DNA of 64,000 nt from a bacterium (GTDB lineage Bacteria; UBA8248). The stretch lies in the NCBI GenBank assembly GCA_963692865.2, contig OY843592.1:1440001-1504000 (forward strand), given 5' to 3'. Made by a program: the position numbers and the translations under genes. The stretch's first letter is position 1, and every line of letters starts with the position of its first letter. Shown here in pieces: positions 40,195 through 49,531 of the stretch. Below the pieces are notes generated by a model that saw only the letters and a list, made by a program, of their open reading frames with translations, was not told the DNA's origin and did no database searches.

Positions 40195-40758
40195 ATGTCG
40201 CAAAACCTGATTTCGGACGATACGATTCTGGATGAAGTGAAAAAGGCGATCGCCCACACCACGGGAATCGACGAGGAGACCATCGAGCCGGACAGCTCCC
40301 TGGTGGACGACCTGGGCGTTTTGTCGCTCGATTTTCTGGACGTGAACTTCCGCCTCGAGCAGGTGTTCGGCATCAAGATGGCGCGCAATTTCGTTCTGGA
40401 GCACGCCGAGGAGATGTTCGGCGAGGGCGTGGCCATCAACGAGGAGAGCGAGGTGACGGAAACGGGGGTCGAGGTCTTGAAGCTGCGCCTGAATGAGGCG
40501 GCGTCTGACCTGGAGCCCGGTATCCCCGTGGATGAGCTTCCGGCCCTCGTGACGCCGAAGACGCTGGCGGGCGCGGTGCGCGACGTGCTGAACTGCCTGC
40601 CCGAGAAGAGCCCGGCGGGGGCGGACTGGAGGGCCGAGGACGGGACGCGCATCGTATGCGCGGAGACGAACGAGCCCGCCTCTTTGCCCAGCGGGGACGA
40701 AGTGGTCCAGAACTGGCTGAACCGGGTGCAGGAGGAAAGGGGCCTCTTCTCCTCCTGA
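40195..40758 (+). CDS. Extended acyl carrier protein (AcpXL-like)
   Basis: SLVDDLGVLSLDFLDVNFRLEQVFGIKM; 187 aa. Confidence 0.8.
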   Translation: MSQNLISDDTILDEVKKAIAHTTGIDEETIEPDSSLVDDLGVLSLDFLDVNFRLEQVFGIKMARNFVLEHAEEMFGEGVAINEESEVTETGVEVLKLRLNEAASDLEPGIPVDELPALVTPKTLAGAVRDVLNCLPEKSPAGADWRAEDGTRIVCAETNEPASLPSGDEVVQNWLNRVQEERGLFSS

Positions 40759-40801
40759 ATCCGCTTGCCTCATCCAGCCGTTTTGCCGGGAGAGCGTGTG
40801 A

Positions 40802-42112
40802 ATGGCCGGTAGCGACAGACGGGTCGTGATCACCGGATACGGGGCGATGACGCCCCTGGGCGGGGACGTCGCCTCCACGTTCGACGCCGCGCGCGAGGGA
40901 CGCTCGGGAATCGACGTGGTTCGGCGCTTCGATCCCGAAAAACTGCCCTGCCGGATCGCCGGCGAAGTGGACGACGAGTGGATCGCCTCACAGGAGAACA
41001 GAGGCGGGCGCAGGCTCGACAAGTTCTCCACACGCGGCGTGCGCATGATGCGCGCCGCCGTATCCCAGGCGGCGCGGGCGGCGCGCCTGGGTGAAGTTTC
41101 AGAGCGCAAGCGAATCGGCGTCGCGCTCGGCTCCCACGGCGACCACCCCGACCTCGAAGAGTTGCTCCGCATATTTCCCTACTGGAAACCCGCGGACGGC
41201 GACCCCTTACAGGGCGGATGGGACATCGAGGGACTCAAGAGCCGCGGCGCCTATGATCTGATGACGTTTTTCCGAAGAAAGTCCGACGTAGCGACATCGG
41301 TCGTGGCTCTCGATTTCGATTGCCGGGGGCCCATGGTCTCCATATGCTCGGCCTGCGCGGCGGGAGCGCAGGCGATCGGCGAGTCGGTGCGCTTGATCCG
41401 CGACAAGAAGGCCGACGTCATGGTGGCGGGAGGCTGCGAGGCGCCCATCACGTACGTGGGGTTTCTTGGGTTCGTCCTGCTCACCGCGCTCGTGGAGCGG
41501 TACGAGACCCCGCAGAGCGCGTCCCGGCCCTTCGACAGGAGGCGAAACGGTTTCGTGATGTCAGAAGGCGCCGGCGCGATGATTCTCGAGAGCTACGCGC
41601 ACGCGCGCGCGCGGGGGGCCGGGATTCTCGGCGAAGTGCTCGGCTACGGCGATTCATCGGATGCGTTTCGCATCACCGACATGCACCCGAGGGGGCTGGG
41701 CGCGGTGTTCGCCATGAAAAAGGCGATAGAAGACGCCCGGCTCGCGCCCGATCAGGTCGAGTATATCAACGCGCACGGCACCTCGACACCCAAGAACGAT
41801 TCCACCGAGACGAGGGCCATCAAGGAGGTGTTCGGCGCTCACGCGGAGAAACTACCCGTCAGTTCCAACAAGTCCATGATCGGCCACACCATCGGCGCGG
41901 CGGGAGCCGTCGAGGCGATTCTCGCCGTGGAGGGGATGCGCCGCTCGGAGATACTGCCGACCATCAACTACCAGAACCGCGACCCCAAATGCGACCTCGA
42001 CTACGTGCCCAACGAGACGAGGGTGCAGGCCCACCGCGTGGCTCTATCCAACAGTTTCGGTTTCGGCGGGCAGAACGCCTGCCTTTGTCTGGGCGGCCCC
42101 GAACTCGCGTGA
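40802..42112 (+). CDS. Beta-ketoacyl-ACP synthase (FabF-like, Cys-His-His intact)
   Basis: SACAAG, INAHGTST, KSMIGHT, NSFGFGGQN. Confidence 0.9.
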   Translation: MAGSDRRVVITGYGAMTPLGGDVASTFDAAREGRSGIDVVRRFDPEKLPCRIAGEVDDEWIASQENRGGRRLDKFSTRGVRMMRAAVSQAARAARLGEVSERKRIGVALGSHGDHPDLEELLRIFPYWKPADGDPLQGGWDIEGLKSRGAYDLMTFFRRKSDVATSVVALDFDCRGPMVSICSACAAGAQAIGESVRLIRDKKADVMVAGGCEAPITYVGFLGFVLLTALVERYETPQSASRPFDRRRNGFVMSEGAGAMILESYAHARARGAGILGEVLGYGDSSDAFRITDMHPRGLGAVFAMKKAIEDARLAPDQVEYINAHGTSTPKNDSTETRAIKEVFGAHAEKLPVSSNKSMIGHTIGAAGAVEAILAVEGMRRSEILPTINYQNRDPKCDLDYVPNETRVQAHRVALSNSFGFGGQNACLCLGGPELA

Positions 42113-43296
42113 ATTTTCCACCCGTTCCGATCACCGGCGTCGGCCTGGTAACGGCGGCGGGGGGAGGCGTCGAATCCGCCTGGGAGGCCCTTTGTGCGGG
42201 CCGCTCTCTTCTCGCTACGGACTCAGACCCCGAACTTGCCGGTTTCCCACCCATCGAAACGGCGCGGTGCGCGCGAATCGACCCCGAATCCATCGGGGCG
42301 GAACGCCGCGCGGCGAGAATCATGGGCCATCATACCCACATGCTCCTGGCGGCGGTTCACGATTTGATGGCCGACGCCCCTGCCCCGGAGATCGCGGAAG
42401 AAGATGTCGCCTTTTTCGCTGGGATGGACTCGGTCGATCCGGAAAAAGATGATTTGATCGGCGGGGTGAGGGAAACGGGTGGCCGGGTGGATCTCGCGCA
42501 TTTCTTCAGTGAGGGGATGAACGCCATCCCTCCGCTTTGGCCGCTGGGCCTGTTGAACGCGATAGGCTTCAGCCAGACGGCGATTCAGCACAGATGGCGC
42601 GGCGAGAACGCCGTTTTCAGCGCGGGCCCGGAGGCAACTGCGCGCGCCCTCTGCGAGGCGGCGGACTCGGTCGGATCAGGCAAGGCGAGGATCGCCCTCG
42701 CCGCCGGCGTGAGCGGGGTGATTTCCGCAAGAATGCTGGCCCGCGCCATGCGGCGGGGCGCGTGGCCTCAAGCGGGGGGGCTGGGCGAGGGAGCGGGTGT
42801 GATTCGCCTCGATAAGCCTCGGGACGCCGATCCATCGAAAATACTCTGCTGGCTCAAGGGGTATTCTTCCGTTCGCGCGCTCGAAAAAGGAGGTGGTCTC
42901 GCGCAGGCGATTCGAGATTCGGCCCGGGGTGCGCTCGCATGCGCCGGTCTCGCACCCGAACGGGTCGACCTCCTCGTGGTTCATGGAGAAGGAGAGCCTC
43001 GGGCGGACAATGCGGAGGAGGAAGCGATTCGCGCCCTTTTTGAAGATCACAAGCCCTGGGGGCTTGCGACGAAGGGCGTATTCGGCCACCTTTGGGGGGG
43101 AAGCCCGGCGCTGGACTTGATCATGGCGATGAAAGCCTTGTCCGAAGGCGCGGCGCCTCCGTCTCCTGCAGCGGAGAGTGGATTCTTCCGCGATGCGACG
43201 GATGGCTCCGGACGGGGTGAACTCAAAAACGCGCTCGTGCTTCTGCAGGGTTTCGACGGCGAGTGCGCTGCCCTTGTGGTGGGGAAACACGCTTGA
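42109..43296 (+). CDS. Ketosynthase-like protein lacking catalytic Cys (CLF-like)
   Basis: ITGVG, NAVFSAGPEA (no Cys), GEGAG, VHGEG, KGVFGH; GTG start overlaps the upstream TGA. Confidence 0.75.
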   Translation: MNFPPVPITGVGLVTAAGGGVESAWEALCAGRSLLATDSDPELAGFPPIETARCARIDPESIGAERRAARIMGHHTHMLLAAVHDLMADAPAPEIAEEDVAFFAGMDSVDPEKDDLIGGVRETGGRVDLAHFFSEGMNAIPPLWPLGLLNAIGFSQTAIQHRWRGENAVFSAGPEATARALCEAADSVGSGKARIALAAGVSGVISARMLARAMRRGAWPQAGGLGEGAGVIRLDKPRDADPSKILCWLKGYSSVRALEKGGGLAQAIRDSARGALACAGLAPERVDLLVVHGEGEPRADNAEEEAIRALFEDHKPWGLATKGVFGHLWGGSPALDLIMAMKALSEGAAPPSPAAESGFFRDATDGSGRGELKNALVLLQGFDGECAALVVGKHA

Positions 43297-43311
43297 CGGG
43301 AGAACAGGCAA

Positions 43312-43764
43312 TTGCGGTTTCTATATTTCGACCGGATCAAGGAGGCTGTGCGCGGCGAGCGCATCGTGGGCGTCAAGACGTTTCCGCTCACCGAAGCGTA
43401 CCTGAACGCCCATTTCAGCCGCGTCCCCCGCGTGCCCGGCTCGATCCTCATCGAGGCGATGGCGCAGATTACGGGGTGGCTCGTGATCTACACGTATGAT
43501 TTCAAGACCTCGTGCGTCATCTCGCTCATCGACGACGTGGAGGTGGCGAGCGACCTGCGTCCGGGCATTACCCTGGAAATTCATGGCGAGATAATCGACA
43601 CGAACGAACGGGCGAGCCTGTGCCGCGCGCGAATCGAAAAGGACGGCGTTTCCGTGGCGCGGGCCGAGCGGTTCGTGTACCCCCACTTTCCCAACGACGA
43701 TCCCGAGGGACTGAAAGAACGCTTCAGGCGCTACGGCTGGCTGGCGTTCGAGGAGACGGCATGA
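43312..43764 (+). CDS. FabZ/FabA-like 3-hydroxyacyl-ACP dehydratase
   Basis: DRI, AHFSRVPRVPGSILIEAMAQ. Confidence 0.85.
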   Translation: MRFLYFDRIKEAVRGERIVGVKTFPLTEAYLNAHFSRVPRVPGSILIEAMAQITGWLVIYTYDFKTSCVISLIDDVEVASDLRPGITLEIHGEIIDTNERASLCRARIEKDGVSVARAERFVYPHFPNDDPEGLKERFRRYGWLAFEETA

Positions 43765-45026
43765 GCGCGCAGGTATTCATCACCGGACTCGGCATGGTGA
43801 CCTCCCTGGGCGCCGACGTGGAAACCTGCTGGCAGCGGGCGCTGGCCGGCGAATCGGGCCTCTCGCCGATCACGTCTTTCGACGCGAAGGAACTGCCGGT
43901 CGCCGGAGCGGGAGAGGTTTCGGAAGAGACGCTCCGCGCCATACGGGAGAGGCTGCCCGAGGAGTATACGGGCGAGGGGGAGCGCAGGGTGTTGTTCGCG
44001 CTCGACGCCGCGCAGAACGCGATGACGGACGCCGGGATGCGCCCCGGCGATTACGCGCCCGAACGCGCGGGCGTGGTGATGGGAACCGGACTGAGCAGCT
44101 ACCGGCTGGAGGATTTCATTACCTGGGCGGACCCGGAAAACGGCTTCGACGCCGCGCGCTTCGCCAAAGAGCTTGAGATGACGCACGCCTCCGGCTACTT
44201 CAACAACCCGCCCGAGCGGGCGACGTCGAAGATTGCGGAATGGTTCGAACTCGCAGGCCCCTCGGGAACCATCACCTCCGCCTGCGCGGCGGCGGGGCAG
44301 GCGATAGGACTCGGGATGCGCATGATCCGCAGGGGCGAGGCGGACGTGGTGCTGTGCGGCGGGGCCGATTCGATGATCCACCCCGTCGGGATGGCCATAT
44401 TCCTCCTGCTGGGCGCGGCGTCCAGGTCGAAAGCCCCCGTTTGCCGCCCGTTCGACAGGAAACGCTCGGGTCTCGCCGTGGGCGAAGGGGCGGGCGTGGC
44501 GGTGCTGGAATCGGAAGACCACGCGCGCGCGCGCGGCGTTGTGCCCTACGCCGCCCTCTCGGGCTACGGCGCTAGCATGGACTCCCATCAGGTCACGGCT
44601 CCGCACCCGGCGGGCCGGGGCGCGGTGCGCTCGATGCGCGAGGCGATGGAGGATGCGGGCCTCGCGCCCGGCGACGTCGCTTACGTCAACGCGCACGGCA
44701 CGGGCACGAAACTGAACGATCCGGTCGAAACCAGGGCGATTCGGGAGGTGTTCGGCGCGCGGGCGGATGCGCTGGCGGTGAGTTCGTCCAAATCCATGAT
44801 CGGGCACCTGATCGCCGCCTGCGGCGCGCCCGAATTCATCTTCACCGCCTTGAGCGTGGCGCGCGACATCGTGCATCCTACGACGAACCTGGAGAACCCG
44901 GACCCGAGGTGCGATCTCGACTACGTGGCCGGGGGGGCGCGGGAGATGCCCGTGCCCGCCGCCATCACGAATTCTTTTGGCTTCGGCGGACAAAACGCCA
45001 CCTTGCTCGTGAGAAAGGCGGCCTAG
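43761..45026 (+). CDS. Beta-ketoacyl-ACP synthase (FabF-like, Cys-His-His intact)
   Basis: TSACAAAG, VNAHGTGT, KSMIGHL, NSFGFGGQN. Confidence 0.9.
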   Translation: MSAQVFITGLGMVTSLGADVETCWQRALAGESGLSPITSFDAKELPVAGAGEVSEETLRAIRERLPEEYTGEGERRVLFALDAAQNAMTDAGMRPGDYAPERAGVVMGTGLSSYRLEDFITWADPENGFDAARFAKELEMTHASGYFNNPPERATSKIAEWFELAGPSGTITSACAAAGQAIGLGMRMIRRGEADVVLCGGADSMIHPVGMAIFLLLGAASRSKAPVCRPFDRKRSGLAVGEGAGVAVLESEDHARARGVVPYAALSGYGASMDSHQVTAPHPAGRGAVRSMREAMEDAGLAPGDVAYVNAHGTGTKLNDPVETRAIREVFGARADALAVSSSKSMIGHLIAACGAPEFIFTALSVARDIVHPTTNLENPDPRCDLDYVAGGAREMPVPAAITNSFGFGGQNATLLVRKAA

Positions 45027-45043
45027 ATGAGAGGTGATGCAGA

Positions 45044-45796
45044 ATGAAAATCGACCTGAGCGGAAAAATCGCGCTGGTTACCGGAGGCGGGCGGGGCATC
45101 GGGCGCGCCTGCTGCGCGGCCCTGGCGGAGGCGGGCGCTTCTGTGGCGATCAACTACAGCCGCTCGGCGGAGGCCGCCGAGGAAGTAAAGAGGGAGATCG
45201 AGGCGGCGGGCGGCGAGGCGCGAACATACCAGGCCGACGTCTCTTCCTTCGAGGACGTGACGGCGATGTTCGAGCGGGTGAAGGCGGATTTCGGAACGCT
45301 CGATATCCTGGTGAACAACGCGGGCGTGATACAGGACGGCCTGCTGCTCACCATGAAGCCCGCCGGCTGGCGCAAGGTGCTCGGCGTGAGCCTGGACGGC
45401 GCTTACCACTGTACGAAGGCGGCGGGCGAGATCATGCTCAGGAAACGCTCGGGCAAGGTGATCAGCATCTCCTCGGTCGCCGGGGTCTTGGGCGGGGCCG
45501 GGCAGACGAACTACGCCTCCGCCAAGGCGGGCATCATCGCCTTCATGCGCGCCTGCGCCGCCGAGATGGGAAAGCGGGGCATCCAGTTCAACACCGTCTT
45601 GCCGGGCATGATCGTCACCGACATGAGCGAGCGCGTGCGCGAGAAGGGCGGCGACGTGATTTTGGGGCGCATACCGGCTGGCCGCTTCGGCGAGCCCGAG
45701 GACGTGGCCAGGCTCGTTGTGTTTCTGGCGTCGGCGGAATCGGACTACATCAACGGCCAGGCGATAGCCGTGGACGGCGGCCTGCTCACCGGCTAG
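45044..45796 (+). CDS. fabG: 3-oxoacyl-ACP reductase
   Basis: VTGGGRGIG, VNNAG, GQTNYASAKAG, PGMIVTDM. Confidence 0.88.
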   Translation: MKIDLSGKIALVTGGGRGIGRACCAALAEAGASVAINYSRSAEAAEEVKREIEAAGGEARTYQADVSSFEDVTAMFERVKADFGTLDILVNNAGVIQDGLLLTMKPAGWRKVLGVSLDGAYHCTKAAGEIMLRKRSGKVISISSVAGVLGGAGQTNYASAKAGIIAFMRACAAEMGKRGIQFNTVLPGMIVTDMSERVREKGGDVILGRIPAGRFGEPEDVARLVVFLASAESDYINGQAIAVDGGLLTG

Positions 45797-45814
45797 AGCG
45801 GGGGGATTTTCGGG

Positions 45815-46231
45815 ATGCGGCTGTACCAGGGGGTGGATTTGGTGGAGGTGGCGCGCTTGAAGGAAGCCTACGAGCGTCACGAGGCGTTCGGCGAGGACGT
45901 GTTCACCGAGGCCGAGCGGGCGTATTGCCTGAAGCGCCGCAACCCCTATCCCCATTTCGCGGCCCGCTTCGCGGCGAAAGAGGCCTGCCTCAAGGCCTTC
46001 GGCCTCGGCATTTCCGAGCCGGGCGGACTGGGCGGCCGGGGACGTCTGCGCGAGATCGAGGTGGAATCGGCGGCCTCGGGCAAGCCCACGCTCAAACTGA
46101 GCGGCTCGATGGAGCGCATGAGCGCGCGAAAGAAGATCACCCGGTCCACCATCTCGATGAGCCACACGCTGGAGTTGGCGGTCGCCCAGGTAATCCTCCT
46201 GGGCGAGGACGGGCCGGAAGAAGACGGATAA
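45815..46231 (+). CDS. acpS: Holo-ACP synthase
   Basis: GVDLVE, FTEAE, AARFAAKEA, GKP, ISMSH. Confidence 0.9.
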   Translation: MRLYQGVDLVEVARLKEAYERHEAFGEDVFTEAERAYCLKRRNPYPHFAARFAAKEACLKAFGLGISEPGGLGGRGRLREIEVESAASGKPTLKLSGSMERMSARKKITRSTISMSHTLELAVAQVILLGEDGPEEDG

Positions 46232-46244
46232 GGGGGACGTTGAT

Positions 46245-46706
46245 TTGAGATACATGCTCGTGGACAGGGTGACGGCGTGGGACGCGGGAGTTTCCATCCA
46301 GGGGGTAAAGAACATCACGATGAGCGAGGATTTCCTGGAGTTTCATTTCCCCCGGTTTCCCGTCATGCCGGGCGCGCTGATATTCGAGGCGCTGGCGCAG
46401 CTCGCGGGCTGGCTCGAGGCGGCGGGTTCCGATTTCACGAGTTGGATACTTTTGGAAAAGGTTCGTAGCGTCAGGTACTATGGATTCGCCTTTCCCGGAG
46501 ATCAGGTTCTCCTGAGCGTGGAGGCGCGGGAAGAGGAAGAGGGACTCAAAAACTTCAGGGGCGTTGCCACCGTGGAGGGGGAGCGCCGGGTGGTCGCGGA
46601 TTTTGCCGGAAAGATGGCGCCGCTCGCGGATTATGAGGACCCCGATGAGCAGCGCCATCATTTTCGCGTTTTAAGACGCGAAATCCGGTTGAGCCAGGCG
46701 GGATGA
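46245..46706 (+). CDS. FabZ-like dehydratase
   Basis: YMLVDRV, KNIT, HFPRFPVMPGALIFEALAQ, PGD. Confidence 0.87.
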   Translation: MRYMLVDRVTAWDAGVSIQGVKNITMSEDFLEFHFPRFPVMPGALIFEALAQLAGWLEAAGSDFTSWILLEKVRSVRYYGFAFPGDQVLLSVEAREEEEGLKNFRGVATVEGERRVVADFAGKMAPLADYEDPDEQRHHFRVLRREIRLSQAG

Positions 46707-46709
46707 GCG

Positions 46710-48008
46710 ATGCGAGGCGCGGAAGTGTGGATCACGGGCGTGGGGCTGCTGACCTCCATAGGCGAGAGCGCCCCGCAGAACTGGGCGTCGCTTCGCGCCG
46801 GAAAATGCGGGGTCGCCCATCATCCGAGCGAGGAGAAAGCGTCTCTCCCGGATAATTTCGCCTACCATGGCGCAATCCCCGGCCATGAAGACCCGCCCGA
46901 GGTGCCGCCCAAACTCGCGAGCCAGCGCAAATTCCTGAACAGAAGCTCCATCCTGGGGCTGTATGCGGCGGCGGAGGCGGTGGCCTGCGCCGGCCTCGAC
47001 ATGGGCGAAGTCGCGCCGGAGAGAAAATCCCTCTATGTGGGTTCGGGCGATTTCACGAGGGTGGGCTACGTGGATTTCTACGCCGCGCTCAAGCAGACGG
47101 CGGGCGATGCGTGGGACGCGCCCGAGCCCGCCTCCCTCAACGAGGCGACGCTCCACAGGGTAAGCCCCTTTTTCCTGCTCGAAGGCCTGCCCAACAACCT
47201 TTTCAGCTACCTGTCTGCGATGTACGAGTTCATGGGGCCGAACGGCAGTTTCTCGAGCCTTTCCTCATGCGGCGCGCAGGCGCTCGAGAACTGCGACCGC
47301 GTGCTTCGCTTCGGCGAGGCCGACGTGGGTCTGGTCGTGGGCTGCGGGAGCTGGGCGCACCCCATGGTGCTCCTGGAACTCGACGGCCTGGGCATTCTCT
47401 CCGCGGCGAAAGAGGGCGCCGCCTCGTTCCGGCCCTTCGACAGGAGGCGCGACGGGTTCTTCCCCGGAGAGGGCGCCGCCGCCCTGGTGCTGGAGAGCGC
47501 CGAATCCGCCCGCGCGCGGGGCGCGAAGCCCCTGGGCCGCGTACTGGGCACGGCGAATTGCCAGGAATTATCTTCGGAGCGTTATATTCCCGTACCCGTC
47601 GAAGCGGTGCGCCGTTCGATGGAATCGGCGGCGGCCGAGGCGGGCCTCGCGAGCGATGATCTGGCCTTCATCCTTCCCCACGGGAGCGCGACGCTCCAGG
47701 GAGACGCGGGTGAATTGTCCGCCTTGCTGACGTATAGCGGCAATGCGGAAGGTTCGATCCCGATCGCCGGCTGGAAGCCCTATACGGGACACATGGGCTC
47801 CGCCAGTGATCTGGCCGAGATCGTGCTGGGGCTCTGCGCCCTCAAAGACGGCCGCCTGCCGCCCACGCCGGGTTTCGAGCGCAAAGACGATGCCTTCGAG
47901 GCCCTCCACATTCCCACCGAAGAATGCGCCGTCGCGGGGGCCGCGTTCTTGTCCCTGAGTCACGGCATCGGCGGGCAATCCTCCGCGACCATCGTCGCCG
48001 CGCAGTGA
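46710..48008 (+). CDS. Ketosynthase-like protein with Ser at the catalytic Cys position
   Basis: SFSSLSSCGAQA aligns to SICSACAAGAQA; PHGSAT, KPYTGH and RPFDRRRDG retained. Confidence 0.8.
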   Translation: MRGAEVWITGVGLLTSIGESAPQNWASLRAGKCGVAHHPSEEKASLPDNFAYHGAIPGHEDPPEVPPKLASQRKFLNRSSILGLYAAAEAVACAGLDMGEVAPERKSLYVGSGDFTRVGYVDFYAALKQTAGDAWDAPEPASLNEATLHRVSPFFLLEGLPNNLFSYLSAMYEFMGPNGSFSSLSSCGAQALENCDRVLRFGEADVGLVVGCGSWAHPMVLLELDGLGILSAAKEGAASFRPFDRRRDGFFPGEGAAALVLESAESARARGAKPLGRVLGTANCQELSSERYIPVPVEAVRRSMESAAAEAGLASDDLAFILPHGSATLQGDAGELSALLTYSGNAEGSIPIAGWKPYTGHMGSASDLAEIVLGLCALKDGRLPPTPGFERKDDAFEALHIPTEECAVAGAAFLSLSHGIGGQSSATIVAAQ

Positions 48009-48991
48009 ACAAACCCGCAAAACGCAAGAAGAGAAAGCGCAGCAAGGACAAGAGCGCGTTTCATCAATGGGTGGAATACGCCCTGCTCGTCTCGCTTCTG
48101 AGGCTGGTTCGCCTGCTGCCCTACGGGGTCTGCCGCGCGGTCGCCGCCGCGGCGGGAGAGATGATTTTCCGGTTCGCACCGAGGAGGAGGCGCGTCGCGC
48201 GCGCCAACCTGCGCATCGCGTTCCCCGAACTCGACGAGGCGCAGCGTCTGGTTCTGGCGAGGCGCAGTTGCCGCGCGTTCATTCTCACCTGTCTGGAGGG
48301 GGCGAAGTTTCTCACCCGCTTCGAGGCGCAGCGGGCGAGGGAGACGGTGCGCGAGATCGTGGCCGGCGCGGAGGAGGCGATAGGAAAGGCGCGCGCGATT
48401 CACGAGGAGGCGGGCGGCTGCGTGTTCGTCGTGCCGCACCTGGGGAACTGGGAATGCCTCGCCCATGCCGGCGCGCTGGCGGAGATTCCGCTTACCATCC
48501 CCGTGCGTCCCCTGGACAACCGAAAGCTCGAAGCTTCGCTGTATGAAATGCGCGCATCATCGGGGCAGGAGATTCTCTCGAAGAAAAACGTTTTCTTTCA
48601 TCTGCGCGAGGCGTTGCGCAAGGGCCGTTCGGTGGCGATTCTCGCGGATCAGAACGCGGGCGGCGAGGGGATAGACGCGCCGTTTTTCGGCAGGCCCGCC
48701 AGGACGACGCCCGCCCCCGCCGCGCTCGCGGTTCTCTATAACCGGCCCATCGTCCTCATCTCGTGCCTGAGAAGAGGCGACGGCCGCCGCTACGAGGTAC
48801 TACTCAGCGAGCCGATAACGCCCGATATGGACGCAAAAAGCGCAAAGAAAGAAATGGAGAGGCTTACAAAGTTGGTGAACGAGGAGACGGAAAACTTCAT
48901 CCGAAAAGGGCCGGAGCAGTATCTATGGCTTCACGACAGGTGGAAGCTCACCAAAAACCAGGGACGGCCGCGTTGGGCCGATTCAGGGTGA
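48005..48991 (+). CDS. LpxL/HtrB-family lipid A (lysophospholipid) acyltransferase
   Basis: NLRIAFP, HLGNWE, RPLDN, LADQ, FFG, PEQYLWLHDRWK. Confidence 0.87.
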   Translation: MNKPAKRKKRKRSKDKSAFHQWVEYALLVSLLRLVRLLPYGVCRAVAAAAGEMIFRFAPRRRRVARANLRIAFPELDEAQRLVLARRSCRAFILTCLEGAKFLTRFEAQRARETVREIVAGAEEAIGKARAIHEEAGGCVFVVPHLGNWECLAHAGALAEIPLTIPVRPLDNRKLEASLYEMRASSGQEILSKKNVFFHLREALRKGRSVAILADQNAGGEGIDAPFFGRPARTTPAPAALAVLYNRPIVLISCLRRGDGRRYEVLLSEPITPDMDAKSAKKEMERLTKLVNEETENFIRKGPEQYLWLHDRWKLTKNQGRPRWADSG

Positions 48992-49390
48992 AGATGGAGA
49001 GGAAGATACGGCTTCTTTCAGGCGCCTGAAGAAGGGAACGCCCAGTTTATCGAGTTTCGCCTCGAGCTTTTCCGTGCAGTCGCAATCGCCGCAGACGGGA
49101 TAACCCTCGCAGTCTTCGGGTTTCCGGGCGAAGCGCACGTCGATCTCCTCGAAATACGCCTCCCAGTAGGGCAGTTCCTCATACAGCTCATAACCCGGGC
49201 CGAACGCCTCGCGGCAGTAGCAGACCTCGAGCCAGCGCACCTCGCCCTTATCGGTGAGCCGCGCCTCTTTCATGCACTTGAGGAACGTCCGGTGCGCGAT
49301 GGAGCCCCGCCCGAGTTCGCCCGACTCGATGGCTTCGAGCAGGGCGGCGCTTTTGCCCTCGATGACTTTTCCGCGGACCAGATAACGCAT
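48983..49390 (-). CDS. Cys-rich hypothetical protein
   Basis: EVCYC...EELPYWEAYF...CEGYPVCGDCDCT; GGAGG RBS. Confidence 0.7.
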   Translation of the reverse strand: MRYLVRGKVIEGKSAALLEAIESGELGRGSIAHRTFLKCMKEARLTDKGEVRWLEVCYCREAFGPGYELYEELPYWEAYFEEIDVRFARKPEDCEGYPVCGDCDCTEKLEAKLDKLGVPFFRRLKEAVSSSPSSP

Positions 49391-49531
49391 GGAGCCTCCA
49401 CGCCTTTTTCATGAATCCTTCATTCGATTGTAACATAGGCGTTGTGATTCATGTATAGATTGGCGGATGCCTCGAACGTCGGAGGCGCACGGCGGCAGGA
49501 CGGGGAGCCCATAAACCTTGGAACAGGCGGT

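Noticed and set aside
41320-42108. 658-aa ORF as a single long protein
   Set aside because: Its 5' part is an out-of-frame overlap of the first KS; the KS-like sequence starts at GTG 42109
39276-48991. Ladderane or aryl-polyene cluster
   Set aside because: No radical SAM, methyltransferase, adenylation, glycosyltransferase or export genes in the cluster; an enoyl-reductase-like gene argues against a polyene
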